Below are positions 54,807-62,222 of a DNA stretch of 62,222 nt, one piece after another. Made by a program: the position numbers and the translations under genes. Source of the stretch: a virus (taxonomy: Duplodnaviria; Caudoviricetes). The stretch lies in IMG/VR virus record IMGVR_UViG_3300009124_000012, positions 1 to 62,222 of that record; one strand, given 5' to 3'. Under the pieces are notes generated by a model. It was given only the letters and a program-made list of their open reading frames with translations. It made no database searches and was not told where the DNA came from. Numbering within the stretch: position 1 is the stretch's first letter; each line of letters starts with the position of its first letter.

Positions 54807-55049
54807 TCAGCAGTAGGCTGGGGAGTAGTCTTTACCAGTGTACTCATCAAGGTTAAAGTCAACAACACTAGCACCATTGGCAATGTAGCAGTTAACATCA
54901 TAGATCATGTCAGATTTGATACGAGTGGAGAAGGAAGTCATTTGTTGGGAGATTTCCTCGGTAGGATGCCAGATGACACGCTTAACGAAACGCTTGCCAG
55001 TGCCAACGGGATAGAAGTCAACCTGGGTGGCGGAGGTGTGGAGACGCAT
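54807..55049 (-). CDS. early hypothetical protein
   Basis: start set at ATG 55049 (MRLHTSATQVDFYP). Confidence 0.65.
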   Translation of the reverse strand: MRLHTSATQVDFYPVGTGKRFVKRVIWHPTEEISQQMTSFSTRIKSDMIYDVNCYIANGASVVDFNLDEYTGKDYSPAYC

Positions 55050-55073
55050 TGGGTGTCTGTCGATTACCTTGTA

Positions 55074-55133
55074 ATTATAGGGCGTCAGAAGTCCTCCAGG
55101 AGGTCTTCGGGGACAGTTTCCACACTGTCCCAC
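55074..55133 (-). promoter_or_regulatory. early promoter: palindromic element plus -10 TATAAT
   Basis: GGGGACAGT-ttccac-ACTGTCCCAC at 55109-55133; attata at 55074-55079. Confidence 0.7.
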
Positions 55134-55216
55134 AGTTCACGCTCTGCCATCTCGCGGATCACTGCCTCGCGAGCGTCAAAGTCGTTGAAAATGTCGATTT
55201 GATCAAGTTCATGCAT
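55085..55216 (-). CDS. small acidic protein (43 aa, not in the ORF track)
   Basis: MHELDQIDIFNDFDAREAVIREMAERELWDSVETVPEDLLEDF; overlaps the upstream stop. Confidence 0.5.
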   Translation of the reverse strand: MHELDQIDIFNDFDAREAVIREMAERELWDSVETVPEDLLEDF

Positions 55217-55400
55217 GTTGTTGATTACCAGATAAGAGTTTAATTTTGTCGTAGTCATAGGAATAGACTACAATGTGTACGTTACGAGATTTGTCAGGGA
55301 ACTCCCTGACACAAATTGAGAGTGATCGTTCGCAATAGAATACGATTGGACCTTCGTTATTCTTGTAGCGAACGTAGAGACCTTCCGCAAGTTGCATCAT
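55209..55400 (-). CDS. hypothetical protein
   Basis: 63 aa, ATGA-coupled. Confidence 0.65.
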   Translation of the reverse strand: MMQLAEGLYVRYKNNEGPIVFYCERSLSICVREFPDKSRNVHIVVYSYDYDKIKLLSGNQQHA

Positions 55401-55546
55401 ACATCATAAATTTTGTTTTGCATATCATGTATTTGTTGTTGTAGTTCCATAATCTCTCTTTCTTTGTCCTTGATTATTGCAGCATGATCCGCAACTAGAT
55501 CTTGCAATTCCGCAATTAGTGCTTTCGCTTGTTCTATACTGTGCAT
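55397..55546 (-). CDS. small coiled-coil protein (49 aa, not in the ORF track)
   Basis: MHSIEQAKALIAELQDLVADHAAIIKDKEREIMELQQQIHDMQNKIYDV. Confidence 0.55.
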   Translation of the reverse strand: MHSIEQAKALIAELQDLVADHAAIIKDKEREIMELQQQIHDMQNKIYDV

Positions 55547-55580
55547 GTTTGAGTGTTTGAACGCGACATCCTATTTACCA

Positions 55581-55712
55581 TTAGAACAAACATAGTTGTT
55601 CAAAATCTAGAGCGGTGCAGATGCTATCATCATCACTCAGATCAATCTCTTCCATGTCAACATGTTTGACAAGTTTACCAAACAAAAAGTCAACAAATTC
55701 TTCGTTGGTCAT
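55581..55712 (-). CDS. small acidic protein (43 aa, not in the ORF track)
   Basis: MTNEEFVDFLFGKLVKHVDMEEIDLSDDDSICTALDFEQLCLF, directly after a promoter. Confidence 0.55.
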   Translation of the reverse strand: MTNEEFVDFLFGKLVKHVDMEEIDLSDDDSICTALDFEQLCLF

Positions 55713-55735
55713 GGTTGTGCTGTTCAGATGATAAT

Positions 55736-55791
55736 AGTATAGGGCGTCGAACTTAGGCATGTGGTAACAGTGGACACCTAGCGGACTGGTC
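55736..55791 (-). promoter_or_regulatory. early promoter: palindromic element plus -10 TATACT
   Basis: GTGGACAC-ctagcgg-ACTGGTC at 55770-55791; agtata at 55736-55741. Confidence 0.65.
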
Positions 55792-55960
55792 TATCACATC
55801 GATCTATTTGATAACCTTCCTTGATAGCATGGATGATAATGTTATCGTATGAATGTGACATCAATGGAATATTTCGATGAACAAGATAGTCCTCACAATC
55901 TTCTGCTAATGCCTCCTTTTGTTCATGTGATAGTTCTTCCAGAAATGCACGATCGATCAT
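55778..55960 (-). CDS. hypothetical protein
   Basis: 60 aa, ATGA-coupled. Confidence 0.65.
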   Translation of the reverse strand: MIDRAFLEELSHEQKEALAEDCEDYLVHRNIPLMSHSYDNIIIHAIKEGYQIDRCDRPVR

Positions 55961-56154
55961 TGTTGTAACTCCGCTAGAGCAGCATGTAGATAGTTATCAA
56001 GGTGATTATAGAGAGAACTATCATCAACACCATGCTGATATGCATGGTCTTTAGTATATCCAAAAGGACATCCCATCATGAGATCTAAAATGAATTTGAT
56101 CTGCTGGGTGTCTAGGGGCACCTCTGTGGTGCAGGCAGGTAGTCGGTACGTCAT
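55957..56154 (-). CDS. hypothetical protein
   Basis: 65-aa ORF. Confidence 0.6.
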   Translation of the reverse strand: MTYRLPACTTEVPLDTQQIKFILDLMMGCPFGYTKDHAYQHGVDDSSLYNHLDNYLHAALAELQQ

Positions 56155-56193
56155 TAGGTGTAGAGGGGCATTAGAGGCGCTTCTAGGGGTCTC

Positions 56194-57039
56194 TCAGATG
56201 ATAAACGCTTCTAGTGGGGAGCGGTTGGTCTTGAGTGACGGTGTATTTACTGTCACATTTGAGATGTACAAATGATTAACAGCAGCATTACTGTGGTTTT
56301 TGTTTTTACCCCAGCGTTGTGAGTAGGTGAAGTCCTTCTCGGAGATATTATACTCCATGTAATGCTCTTGGTAGAACGGATCGTCACAATGAATTAACAA
56401 CCAAGATGCGTCGCATGTGTCTACTGCTTCATACAATTTCTTGTGCAGTTCCATGCCACCATCACCAGTGGTGTAACCAAGACGATCAAGATAAGGAGGA
56501 TCAATGAACACAAAGTCCTGCTCATTCACGTCCTTGAACACTTCAATAGCGTCACCATTGCGGATCTCACACTCATTCAGGAACAGGTAATGATCCTTGG
56601 ATAGATTGCACGAGAACTTTTTATAGTGACCGAAAGGTACATTGAACTGTCCTTTGGCATTGTATCTCTCCATGCCCGAAAAGCACAGTTGTCTGACAAT
56701 CAGATATGATATTGCGAGTTTGAATTCATTGGTCTCATCACTGTTGATGACCTCACGGGCAGCATAATACTGTTCCTCTAGAGTATCATGATCCTGATGT
56801 TTCAACCAATCAACAATACTCTGCAGTTCACAGTAATGATCGTAGTATGCGACAGTCTTGTAAAGATTGATAACCAGTTTGTTAGTATCATTCAGCAATG
56901 CAGGAACTTCTACATCAAAAGCAACAGCAGCACCACCACAGAATGGTTCTACTACGCGATTAAAGTTCTTGAGATTGTAGTTGCGGATGATGGGAAGTTC
57001 TTTGGTCTTGCCACCTTGATACTTGATGATTGGTTTCAT
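56194..57039 (-). CDS. dam: DNA adenine methyltransferase (Dam/D12 class)
   Basis: IKYQGGK, VEPFCGGAAV (motif I), LNDTN, RYNAKGQFNVPFG, FIDPPY (motif IV). Confidence 0.88.
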   Translation of the reverse strand: MKPIIKYQGGKTKELPIIRNYNLKNFNRVVEPFCGGAAVAFDVEVPALLNDTNKLVINLYKTVAYYDHYCELQSIVDWLKHQDHDTLEEQYYAAREVINSDETNEFKLAISYLIVRQLCFSGMERYNAKGQFNVPFGHYKKFSCNLSKDHYLFLNECEIRNGDAIEVFKDVNEQDFVFIDPPYLDRLGYTTGDGGMELHKKLYEAVDTCDASWLLIHCDDPFYQEHYMEYNISEKDFTYSQRWGKNKNHSNAAVNHLYISNVTVNTPSLKTNRSPLEAFII

Positions 57040-57218
57040 TAGTCTTGTTGTTTTTGGAGGTGCTTACGGCACTTTTTTACGTCTTTTAGTTCATCTTTGA
57101 TCATCTGATAAGCATCTTCTGCGGATATCTTCCGCGCCATTTCCAAAGCGGTGATGATTTCAACGCGAGTGCCGAAATGTTTGAGTGCTTCTTCAAAACA
57201 ATTTAGTTCTTCGTACAT
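57039..57218 (-). CDS. conserved small cyanophage protein (59 aa, not in the ORF track)
   Basis: MYEELNCFEEALKHFGTRVEIITALEMARKISAEDAYQMIKDELKDVKKCRK...; TAATG coupling to the MTase. Confidence 0.7.
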   Translation of the reverse strand: MYEELNCFEEALKHFGTRVEIITALEMARKISAEDAYQMIKDELKDVKKCRKHLQKQQD

Positions 57219-57220
57219 AG

Positions 57221-57712
57221 TTATGTGTAGTTGAGATTGATTACAACACGGGTGTTTTGATCTGTAGATGTGACACTGGAGTGCCTCACACTACCATCAA
57301 AGAATAGCATACGATTACGTACACAATCTACTTTATCACCATTCTCAAATATTGTATACCCATTATTAGTGTTGATGTACAATATGCCCACTCTGTGTGG
57401 GTTCAGATCATCAACGTGGTATCCTGACACAATATTATTTGCAGTGCGCGGGATTAGGTTTGCTTTGACGCGAAGAACCTCATTCCATGTGAAAGAGTGA
57501 ATAAAATCCTCAATCAAATCGCAATAACCACTATTCCATGGATCATCTTGCAAATAGTGATAGAACCCATGTGTGAACTGTCCATGCTGGCGTTCTTCAT
57601 CAGGAGTGTTTACATAATTGTGCCAGTACCAAGGAAACTTCTCCCCAAGTAGAGTTTCCTCGATCTGGGAGAAGTATTTCTCTGGTAAAAAATCATCAAT
57701 AACCTCAATCAT
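57221..57712 (-). CDS. 2OG-Fe(II) oxygenase-like protein
   Basis: MIEVIDDFL, FPWY, GYHVD, ILYINTNNGYT, NRMLFFDG..RH......RVVINLNY; start set at ATG 57712. Confidence 0.75.
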   Translation of the reverse strand: MIEVIDDFLPEKYFSQIEETLLGEKFPWYWHNYVNTPDEERQHGQFTHGFYHYLQDDPWNSGYCDLIEDFIHSFTWNEVLRVKANLIPRTANNIVSGYHVDDLNPHRVGILYINTNNGYTIFENGDKVDCVRNRMLFFDGSVRHSSVTSTDQNTRVVINLNYT

Positions 57713-58955
57713 TGGTTGTAGTGGAGATAGCGGGCAGACCTTTGACAAAAATAGTGTCAACAATGCTCTGCAGACGCTTGATAGTGGTAGCACCGTAGTT
57801 CTTGAACACAGGCACAGTCACATAACCAGTAGGTTTGCGATACATCTCAAACTTACCAGGAGTGATAGAACCAGTGGCAATATCAGCAGCATCATCGCTG
57901 TTGAGGCGAATAACGCGACCGATAGTCTGTGCCATCTCAATCACCTGCAGATTGCGGAGAAGAATAGTATGAGTAAGACCGTGGACGTTGATACCTTCAG
58001 ACAGAATGCTGTAGTGGAAGATCACAAACTTGCGGTTAGGATCTTTGCCCCAAGCATTGAAGGTGTCGAAGAACTGCTCACGGTTGACCTTCTTATCATT
58101 GATATATGCACCATATTTAGAAGTGATATGCAGCACATCATAACCACGCTGAGACATCTCATGCAGAATAGGAGTTTTAGTCAGCAATCCCCACATAACT
58201 TTGCTGCTAGGTGCAGCAACCAAGACTTTCTGACCTTGCTCACTGTTGAGATCATCAACAATACTGATCAGCATGTCATGATCACTCTTGGCAGCATCTG
58301 CACCTTTCTGGCGAGTATAATCAATCTCGTAAGGAACAACAGTGGGAGGAAGAATGCTACCGTTGTTGATCAGTTCGGGAGCAGGAACACTCTCGATAAC
58401 ATTACCATACACAATAGAATTGTTCATGCCACGACCCCATGCTTTGCGAGAGTGACGAGGAGTAGCAGTAAAGTAGAAGTAGTTCTTGGCGTCAAGATTT
58501 GCAACCTCAGGGAAGAAATCACTACGGGTGCTGTTATGTGCTTCGTCAAAGTATGCAACATCAACACGCAGACATGCATCGTTGATGCGACGCAGAGAGT
58601 GATAGGTAGTGAAGATAATCTGGTGACGATCTGCGCTACGATATACACTGCTACGAGCAGAGATTTTGTGTGGTTTAGTGGTGCTGTAGTGGTGTGTCTC
58701 ACCACTGTGAACATGCATCACCTCAACATTATCAATGTGCTCAAGAAACTCGGAAGAGAGTTGATTAGCAAGCAGAATGCGAGGAGCAACAACAACAGCA
58801 GTAATAGGTTGATCTGTATCAGCAAGACGACGCAGAAGATCCCTGATCATGATGAGGGTCTTACCACCACCAGTAGGAACAATAACTTGACCACGCTCAT
58901 GATGCTGCATAGCGTCGAGAGCACGTTGCTGGTGCGGGCGAAGCGTAAGGGTCAT
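57705..58955 (-). CDS. superfamily 2 DEAH helicase (Res-subunit-like)
   Basis: LRPHQ Q-motif, VPTGGGKT, TTYHS, FDEAH, TATP, LSEGINV, QTIGRVIR. Confidence 0.88.
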   Translation of the reverse strand: MTLTLRPHQQRALDAMQHHERGQVIVPTGGGKTLIMIRDLLRRLADTDQPITAVVVAPRILLANQLSSEFLEHIDNVEVMHVHSGETHHYSTTKPHKISARSSVYRSADRHQIIFTTYHSLRRINDACLRVDVAYFDEAHNSTRSDFFPEVANLDAKNYFYFTATPRHSRKAWGRGMNNSIVYGNVIESVPAPELINNGSILPPTVVPYEIDYTRQKGADAAKSDHDMLISIVDDLNSEQGQKVLVAAPSSKVMWGLLTKTPILHEMSQRGYDVLHITSKYGAYINDKKVNREQFFDTFNAWGKDPNRKFVIFHYSILSEGINVHGLTHTILLRNLQVIEMAQTIGRVIRLNSDDAADIATGSITPGKFEMYRKPTGYVTVPVFKNYGATTIKRLQSIVDTIFVKGLPAISTTTND

Positions 58956-58976
58956 GGGTGTCGTTTGAATGAATAT

Positions 58977-59033
58977 AGTATGGCATGAAAAAAGGGGTCC
59001 TGAGACCCCTAGTGGACAGTTTGTAAACTGTCA
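58977..59033 (-). promoter_or_regulatory. early promoter cassette with an embedded terminator
   Basis: GTGGACAGT-ttgtaa-ACTGTCA at 59012-59033; -10 CATACT at 58977-58982. Confidence 0.7.
58988..59010 (-). terminator. intrinsic terminator inside the promoter spacer
   Basis: minus strand AGGGGTC-TCAG-GACCCC-TTTTTT. Confidence 0.8.
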
Positions 59034-59336
59034 GTATCGCTCAGGAATATCTTCTTGCAAAAATTCTTTCTTACTAATATTACTCAGATCAATGGGACGA
59101 TGACCTAAAAGAAGTTCTTTCAAATTAATTGCTTTATCCATGAACTTCTTATGGTATTCTATCCAACCATCAATCTCTGCTAGCATTTCTTCATAACATT
59201 GTCGTGCATCTGTGTCCTCACATGTCAGATAGTCTCCAACTGCATCAGCAAAACGATCACGTCTTTGTTGTTCATAAGTTTTATTCCAAAACTTTTCGTT
59301 TGCTTCAGTGAAATGTGGGCGTCCTTCAATAGTCAT
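59031..59336 (-). CDS. hypothetical protein
   Basis: 101-aa helical ORF, ATGA-coupled. Confidence 0.7.
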   Translation of the reverse strand: MTIEGRPHFTEANEKFWNKTYEQQRRDRFADAVGDYLTCEDTDARQCYEEMLAEIDGWIEYHKKFMDKAINLKELLLGHRPIDLSNISKKEFLQEDIPERY

Positions 59337-59584
59337 ACAAAAAACTCGTCAATAGAGGAAAACAATTTACCTTTTGGTTTACGCTTGAGTGTTTTAACCT
59401 TTTTAGGTTTATACACTTCTTTCTTAACATTAACCTTACACTCTTTAGGAGTGAGATTATGTCTGGTGAGATATTTTTCAAGATGCTCTATACATTGAAA
59501 GTGGCACACTTTCTTAGTCTTACCATCTTTATGTTCCAGTCGCACTGGAAACATATCATATGGGAACATCTGTTCTTCTGTCAT
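59333..59584 (-). CDS. hypothetical protein
   Basis: 83 aa, FPVRLEH...CHFQCIEHLEKYL. Confidence 0.7.
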   Translation of the reverse strand: MTEEQMFPYDMFPVRLEHKDGKTKKVCHFQCIEHLEKYLTRHNLTPKECKVNVKKEVYKPKKVKTLKRKPKGKLFSSIDEFFV

Positions 59585-60282
59585 GGAGCGATGATAATGG
59601 GTTTAGTTGGAAGTTTGTTTTCGAGACTGTTAGCAGCATCAATGAGGCGCTGCTGGTCTGTAACTCCCATGATCTCTAGTATATCAGTAGTCACCCATCC
59701 TGTCAAGATGTATTTTTCATGTGTCTCGGAAATCTGACCTCTGTGAACGTATGCGAAGTTAGCAGGGAAGATCAATAGTTTACCTTTTTCTGCTTTGCAT
59801 GTATAGTTTTGGTTCTTAAATTCTGTACCACCATCAGGAACATCATTCAAATAAAGAATGTGTACAAATTGACGTTCAATAAATCCATTTACATTGTCAA
59901 CGTGCCACTCTTTAAATCCACCGCCTGGTTTGTAATATTGGATCTGTGGTGGATCTTTCATTTCCAAATAACCAAAGAAATATAGTTCTACATCCAGACA
60001 ATATTGTCTGAACAGTTCATTCATCTCATCAACTATTGCATTAAATCCACATGTATCTGGATTTGGTAACAGTGGAACTATGTCAGGTGGAACACTAATA
60101 GGGATGAAGTCTTCACTATCTTTGATATCACGATTTACAGTGCCAGTATCAATAATACCAGGCATTGTTGCTTTGATGCTCTTTGCGTAATGAAAGAGAT
60201 CAATAATCTTGTCGCATAGCGAAGTATCTTTTAGTTTATATTCTCTAATAAAATGATCAGACATCTTCAAAATCATGTACAC
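59581..60282 (-). CDS. 2OG-Fe(II) oxygenase (prolyl-hydroxylase-like)
   Basis: QIQYYKPGGGFKEWHVD, LYLNDVPDGGTEF, GKLLIFPA..YVHRG...KYILTGW. Confidence 0.85.
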   Translation of the reverse strand: MYMILKMSDHFIREYKLKDTSLCDKIIDLFHYAKSIKATMPGIIDTGTVNRDIKDSEDFIPISVPPDIVPLLPNPDTCGFNAIVDEMNELFRQYCLDVELYFFGYLEMKDPPQIQYYKPGGGFKEWHVDNVNGFIERQFVHILYLNDVPDGGTEFKNQNYTCKAEKGKLLIFPANFAYVHRGQISETHEKYILTGWVTTDILEIMGVTDQQRLIDAANSLENKLPTKPIIIAP

Positions 60283-61075
60283 AAATGCTCTCTAGTTCTC
60301 TCTTTACGATAGAATTAGAGGACCATAACCATTTTATCATAGTTTTCTGCATTCTGGGAGAATTTTCTAAAATATAATCACAATCCTCCTGACTAATTGC
60401 ATTATTATCACACATATCTTGATAGTATTTTACTTTATTTTGTCTATGAGTTTCTTCTGTAACTTTTTCATAAACATCTAAACTTCTTAAACGAGGAGGA
60501 AGTTGATCAACAATACTTACTGAAATATTGTCATGATTAGTAAGATCAAACCAATATCTAGCGTGAAATACAGTTGTAGACTTAAGTAGACTTTCTCTAA
60601 TACTATGGAAGTTTTCTAATTTTAATAGGGGTTCAATAACTGGCAAATGTTTTGTTTTCATTTTAAGTCCAAAATACTTTGGAGTGCCATCTTCTGAAAA
60701 GTAAACAGAACACAGAAACATTTGAATACCAGATTCTCGAAGATCTCGTAAAGTTTCTGGTTCTTCCCCAAAAATACCCTCAAATGGATCAAGTCCAGTA
60801 TAAGGAATTAGATTAGTGTCTATTTCATAACCATAGGTCTCAGTACCATCTACAGTGGTATGTGTTGTCAATCCTACACACTGTTTGATGGGATCTGATA
60901 ACTTGGACATAAAAGCATTTATTTCTACTGCTGCCGCTGGAGAAACAAATTTACTATCCAACGACATGTACTGAATAGGAATATTTGTTGATTTTGCAAT
61001 CTGTTCTTTTGCATCAACATCAAATGTATTTGATCCGCGATAAAAATCTCTAATCATTTTACTCTTAGTTTCCAA
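60257..61075 (-). CDS. hypothetical protein
   Basis: 272-aa ORF inside the oxygenase cluster. Confidence 0.65.
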   Translation of the reverse strand: METKSKMIRDFYRGSNTFDVDAKEQIAKSTNIPIQYMSLDSKFVSPAAAVEINAFMSKLSDPIKQCVGLTTHTTVDGTETYGYEIDTNLIPYTGLDPFEGIFGEEPETLRDLRESGIQMFLCSVYFSEDGTPKYFGLKMKTKHLPVIEPLLKLENFHSIRESLLKSTTVFHARYWFDLTNHDNISVSIVDQLPPRLRSLDVYEKVTEETHRQNKVKYYQDMCDNNAISQEDCDYILENSPRMQKTMIKWLWSSNSIVKRELESICVHDFEDV

Positions 61076-61629
61076 GCAACAGTTTGTCTTAATCCACCAA
61101 AGGTTCTAGTAGTTTCTTCAGCAAAATGAGGGATTATAGAAGAAAAATATACACCAGAATTAAATTTAGGAACAACAAAATGGTTTCCACCTTCTACGTA
61201 AAAACACGTTTTACCATTCCATTTAACATCCCATGGATTAGCATACCACAAAAATGTTTTACAATCAGGTTCATGATTATCGATATGTGGCATACCAGAT
61301 TGACCATAGGTTTGACCATTGGCATAAACAGTCAAAAGATGGTGTTCAACTCCAGTGATCTCATTGATTTTATTTAGCAAAATCTCAGTAAAAAGTTTGT
61401 CCTCAATTAATCTCATAGACCAAAATGGAGGAGAATTAGCATACTGTGAACTAGAAAAATGACCGTATCTCCACTGAGCTCTACCCAGAAGTGCTTTAAT
61501 TGCTAATACACGTTGCTCTTCAAAAATATCATCATACGTAATGATATCTTCCTTTTTAAAATGAGATGAAGCTTCAATCCAAATTTTTAGTTTATCATTT
61601 ACTTGAATTTTTTTATCAAAGTTGTGCAT
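61054..61629 (-). CDS. 2OG-Fe(II) oxygenase
   Basis: YANGQTYGQSGMPHID, FLWYANPW...WNG.T.F, IPHFA...LRQTVAWK. Confidence 0.85.
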   Translation of the reverse strand: MHNFDKKIQVNDKLKIWIEASSHFKKEDIITYDDIFEEQRVLAIKALLGRAQWRYGHFSSSQYANSPPFWSMRLIEDKLFTEILLNKINEITGVEHHLLTVYANGQTYGQSGMPHIDNHEPDCKTFLWYANPWDVKWNGKTCFYVEGGNHFVVPKFNSGVYFSSIIPHFAEETTRTFGGLRQTVAWKLRVK

Positions 61630-62221
61630 AATCTCTAATCAATTGATATCTAGTTCTTTCAAGTTCGCCCATCCATGGTTTTAAATCTCCAGCATAGTGT
61701 AAAAGTGTTTCACTATATTGAGCTAGAATTTCTCTAATTCTTCTATCTGAAATAATACTTTCCAACCAGAAAACAACCACTCTACGTTCTCCAGAAATTA
61801 CTGGATTTACTTTATGAAGAGTGCCTGTAGGATATACAATTCCCTTACCAGCAGGAAGTTTAAAACTTATTTCTTGATCTTCACTGTTACCCATCCTGAG
61901 AACTAATTCTCCACCTTCATATTCATCAGGTTCACTAAGAAAAATACTAACACTATAATCAGATCTTATTTCATTATTCATCACATAAAAATCATTATGA
62001 AATGCATAATGCATACCTTCCGTGTATTTAAGGAAGAAAGGAGTTGTTGTTGATCTTGGCAACATCACATATTTAAAATTAGAAGCATTATGTAAGATTT
62101 TATCAGTATATTCTATTAAATCTTTACTGTGACATGGGTCAGAAAGTTCTTCGTTCCATTTTTTATCTTTATCAGGAGATCCTGTTTTAGACCCATCAAC
62201 AAAACTACAAAATGTATAATA
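61616..62221 (-). CDS. PKHD-type Fe(II)/2OG hydroxylase (PiuC/YbiX-like), 5' end outside the window
   Basis: FVDGSKTG upstream of the listed start, Y.FHND, RSDYSVSIFLSEPDEYEGGEL, KLPAG..IVYP..LHKVNPVISGER.V.V.W; frame open to the window edge. Confidence 0.85.
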   Translation of the reverse strand, partial: YYTFCSFVDGSKTGSPDKDKKWNEELSDPCHSKDLIEYTDKILHNASNFKYVMLPRSTTTPFFLKYTEGMHYAFHNDFYVMNNEIRSDYSVSIFLSEPDEYEGGELVLRMGNSEDQEISFKLPAGKGIVYPTGTLHKVNPVISGERRVVVFWLESIISDRRIREILAQYSETLLHYAGDLKPWMGELERTRYQLIRDYAQL

Positions 62222-62222
62222 T

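Noticed and set aside
47975-57793. Longest-ORF N-termini in the track (48250, 49295, 49578, 50202, 50852, 54423, 55133, 57793)
   Set aside because: They run through promoter elements or upstream genes, so downstream ATGs were chosen
57618-58988. 456-aa plus-strand ORF antisense to the helicase
   Set aside because: It mirrors a well-supported minus-strand gene, has no recognisable motifs, and is explained by codon bias suppressing antisense stops
48218-59033. Repeated palindrome read as a CRISPR array or integron attC sites
   Set aside because: Copies are degenerate, hundreds to thousands of bases apart and tied to -10 boxes; no cas or integrase gene is in the window
1-62222. tRNA or rRNA genes
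   Set aside because: No cloverleaf with a T-loop and CCA signature was seen in the intergenic regions by eye; tRNAscan would be needed to exclude them fully

Overview
This is a 62-kb segment of a T4-like marine cyanophage (cyanomyovirus, probably infecting Synechococcus), and essentially every gene is on the minus strand. Positions 1-47.1 kb form the late virion module. It holds the small terminase gp16, gp15, neck genes gp14 and gp13, and an accessory island (2OG-Fe(II) oxygenase, flavin-dependent halogenase, glycine-rich fibre-tip protein). It continues with three giant structural proteins (3044, 1635 and 2701 aa), baseplate gp8/gp7/gp6/gp25 and a PAAR protein, with T4 late-type TAAATA promoters. 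Positions 47.3-59 kb form an early region of short genes. Thirteen of its promoters share a palindromic element (GTGGACAS-N6/8-ACTGTCAC) 28-31 nt upstream of a -10 box. This region also encodes a PD-(D/E)xK nuclease-like protein, a Dam-type methyltransferase and an SF2 helicase, and has a non-coding AT-rich segment with a perfect 22-bp inverted repeat and three tandem cyanobacterial-type DnaA boxes. Positions 59-62 kb hold a 2OG-Fe(II) oxygenase cluster. The most striking observation is that the 3044-aa virion protein carries two helical repeats that align by eye with phycobiliprotein subunits and keep both the Cys84-type and beta-Cys153/155-type bilin attachment motifs. This suggests a possibly chromophorylated, light-responsive virion protein. 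The neighbouring 1635-aa structural protein carries an apparently intact type-1 copper (cupredoxin) site. All calls come from motif recognition by eye; no database searches were run.
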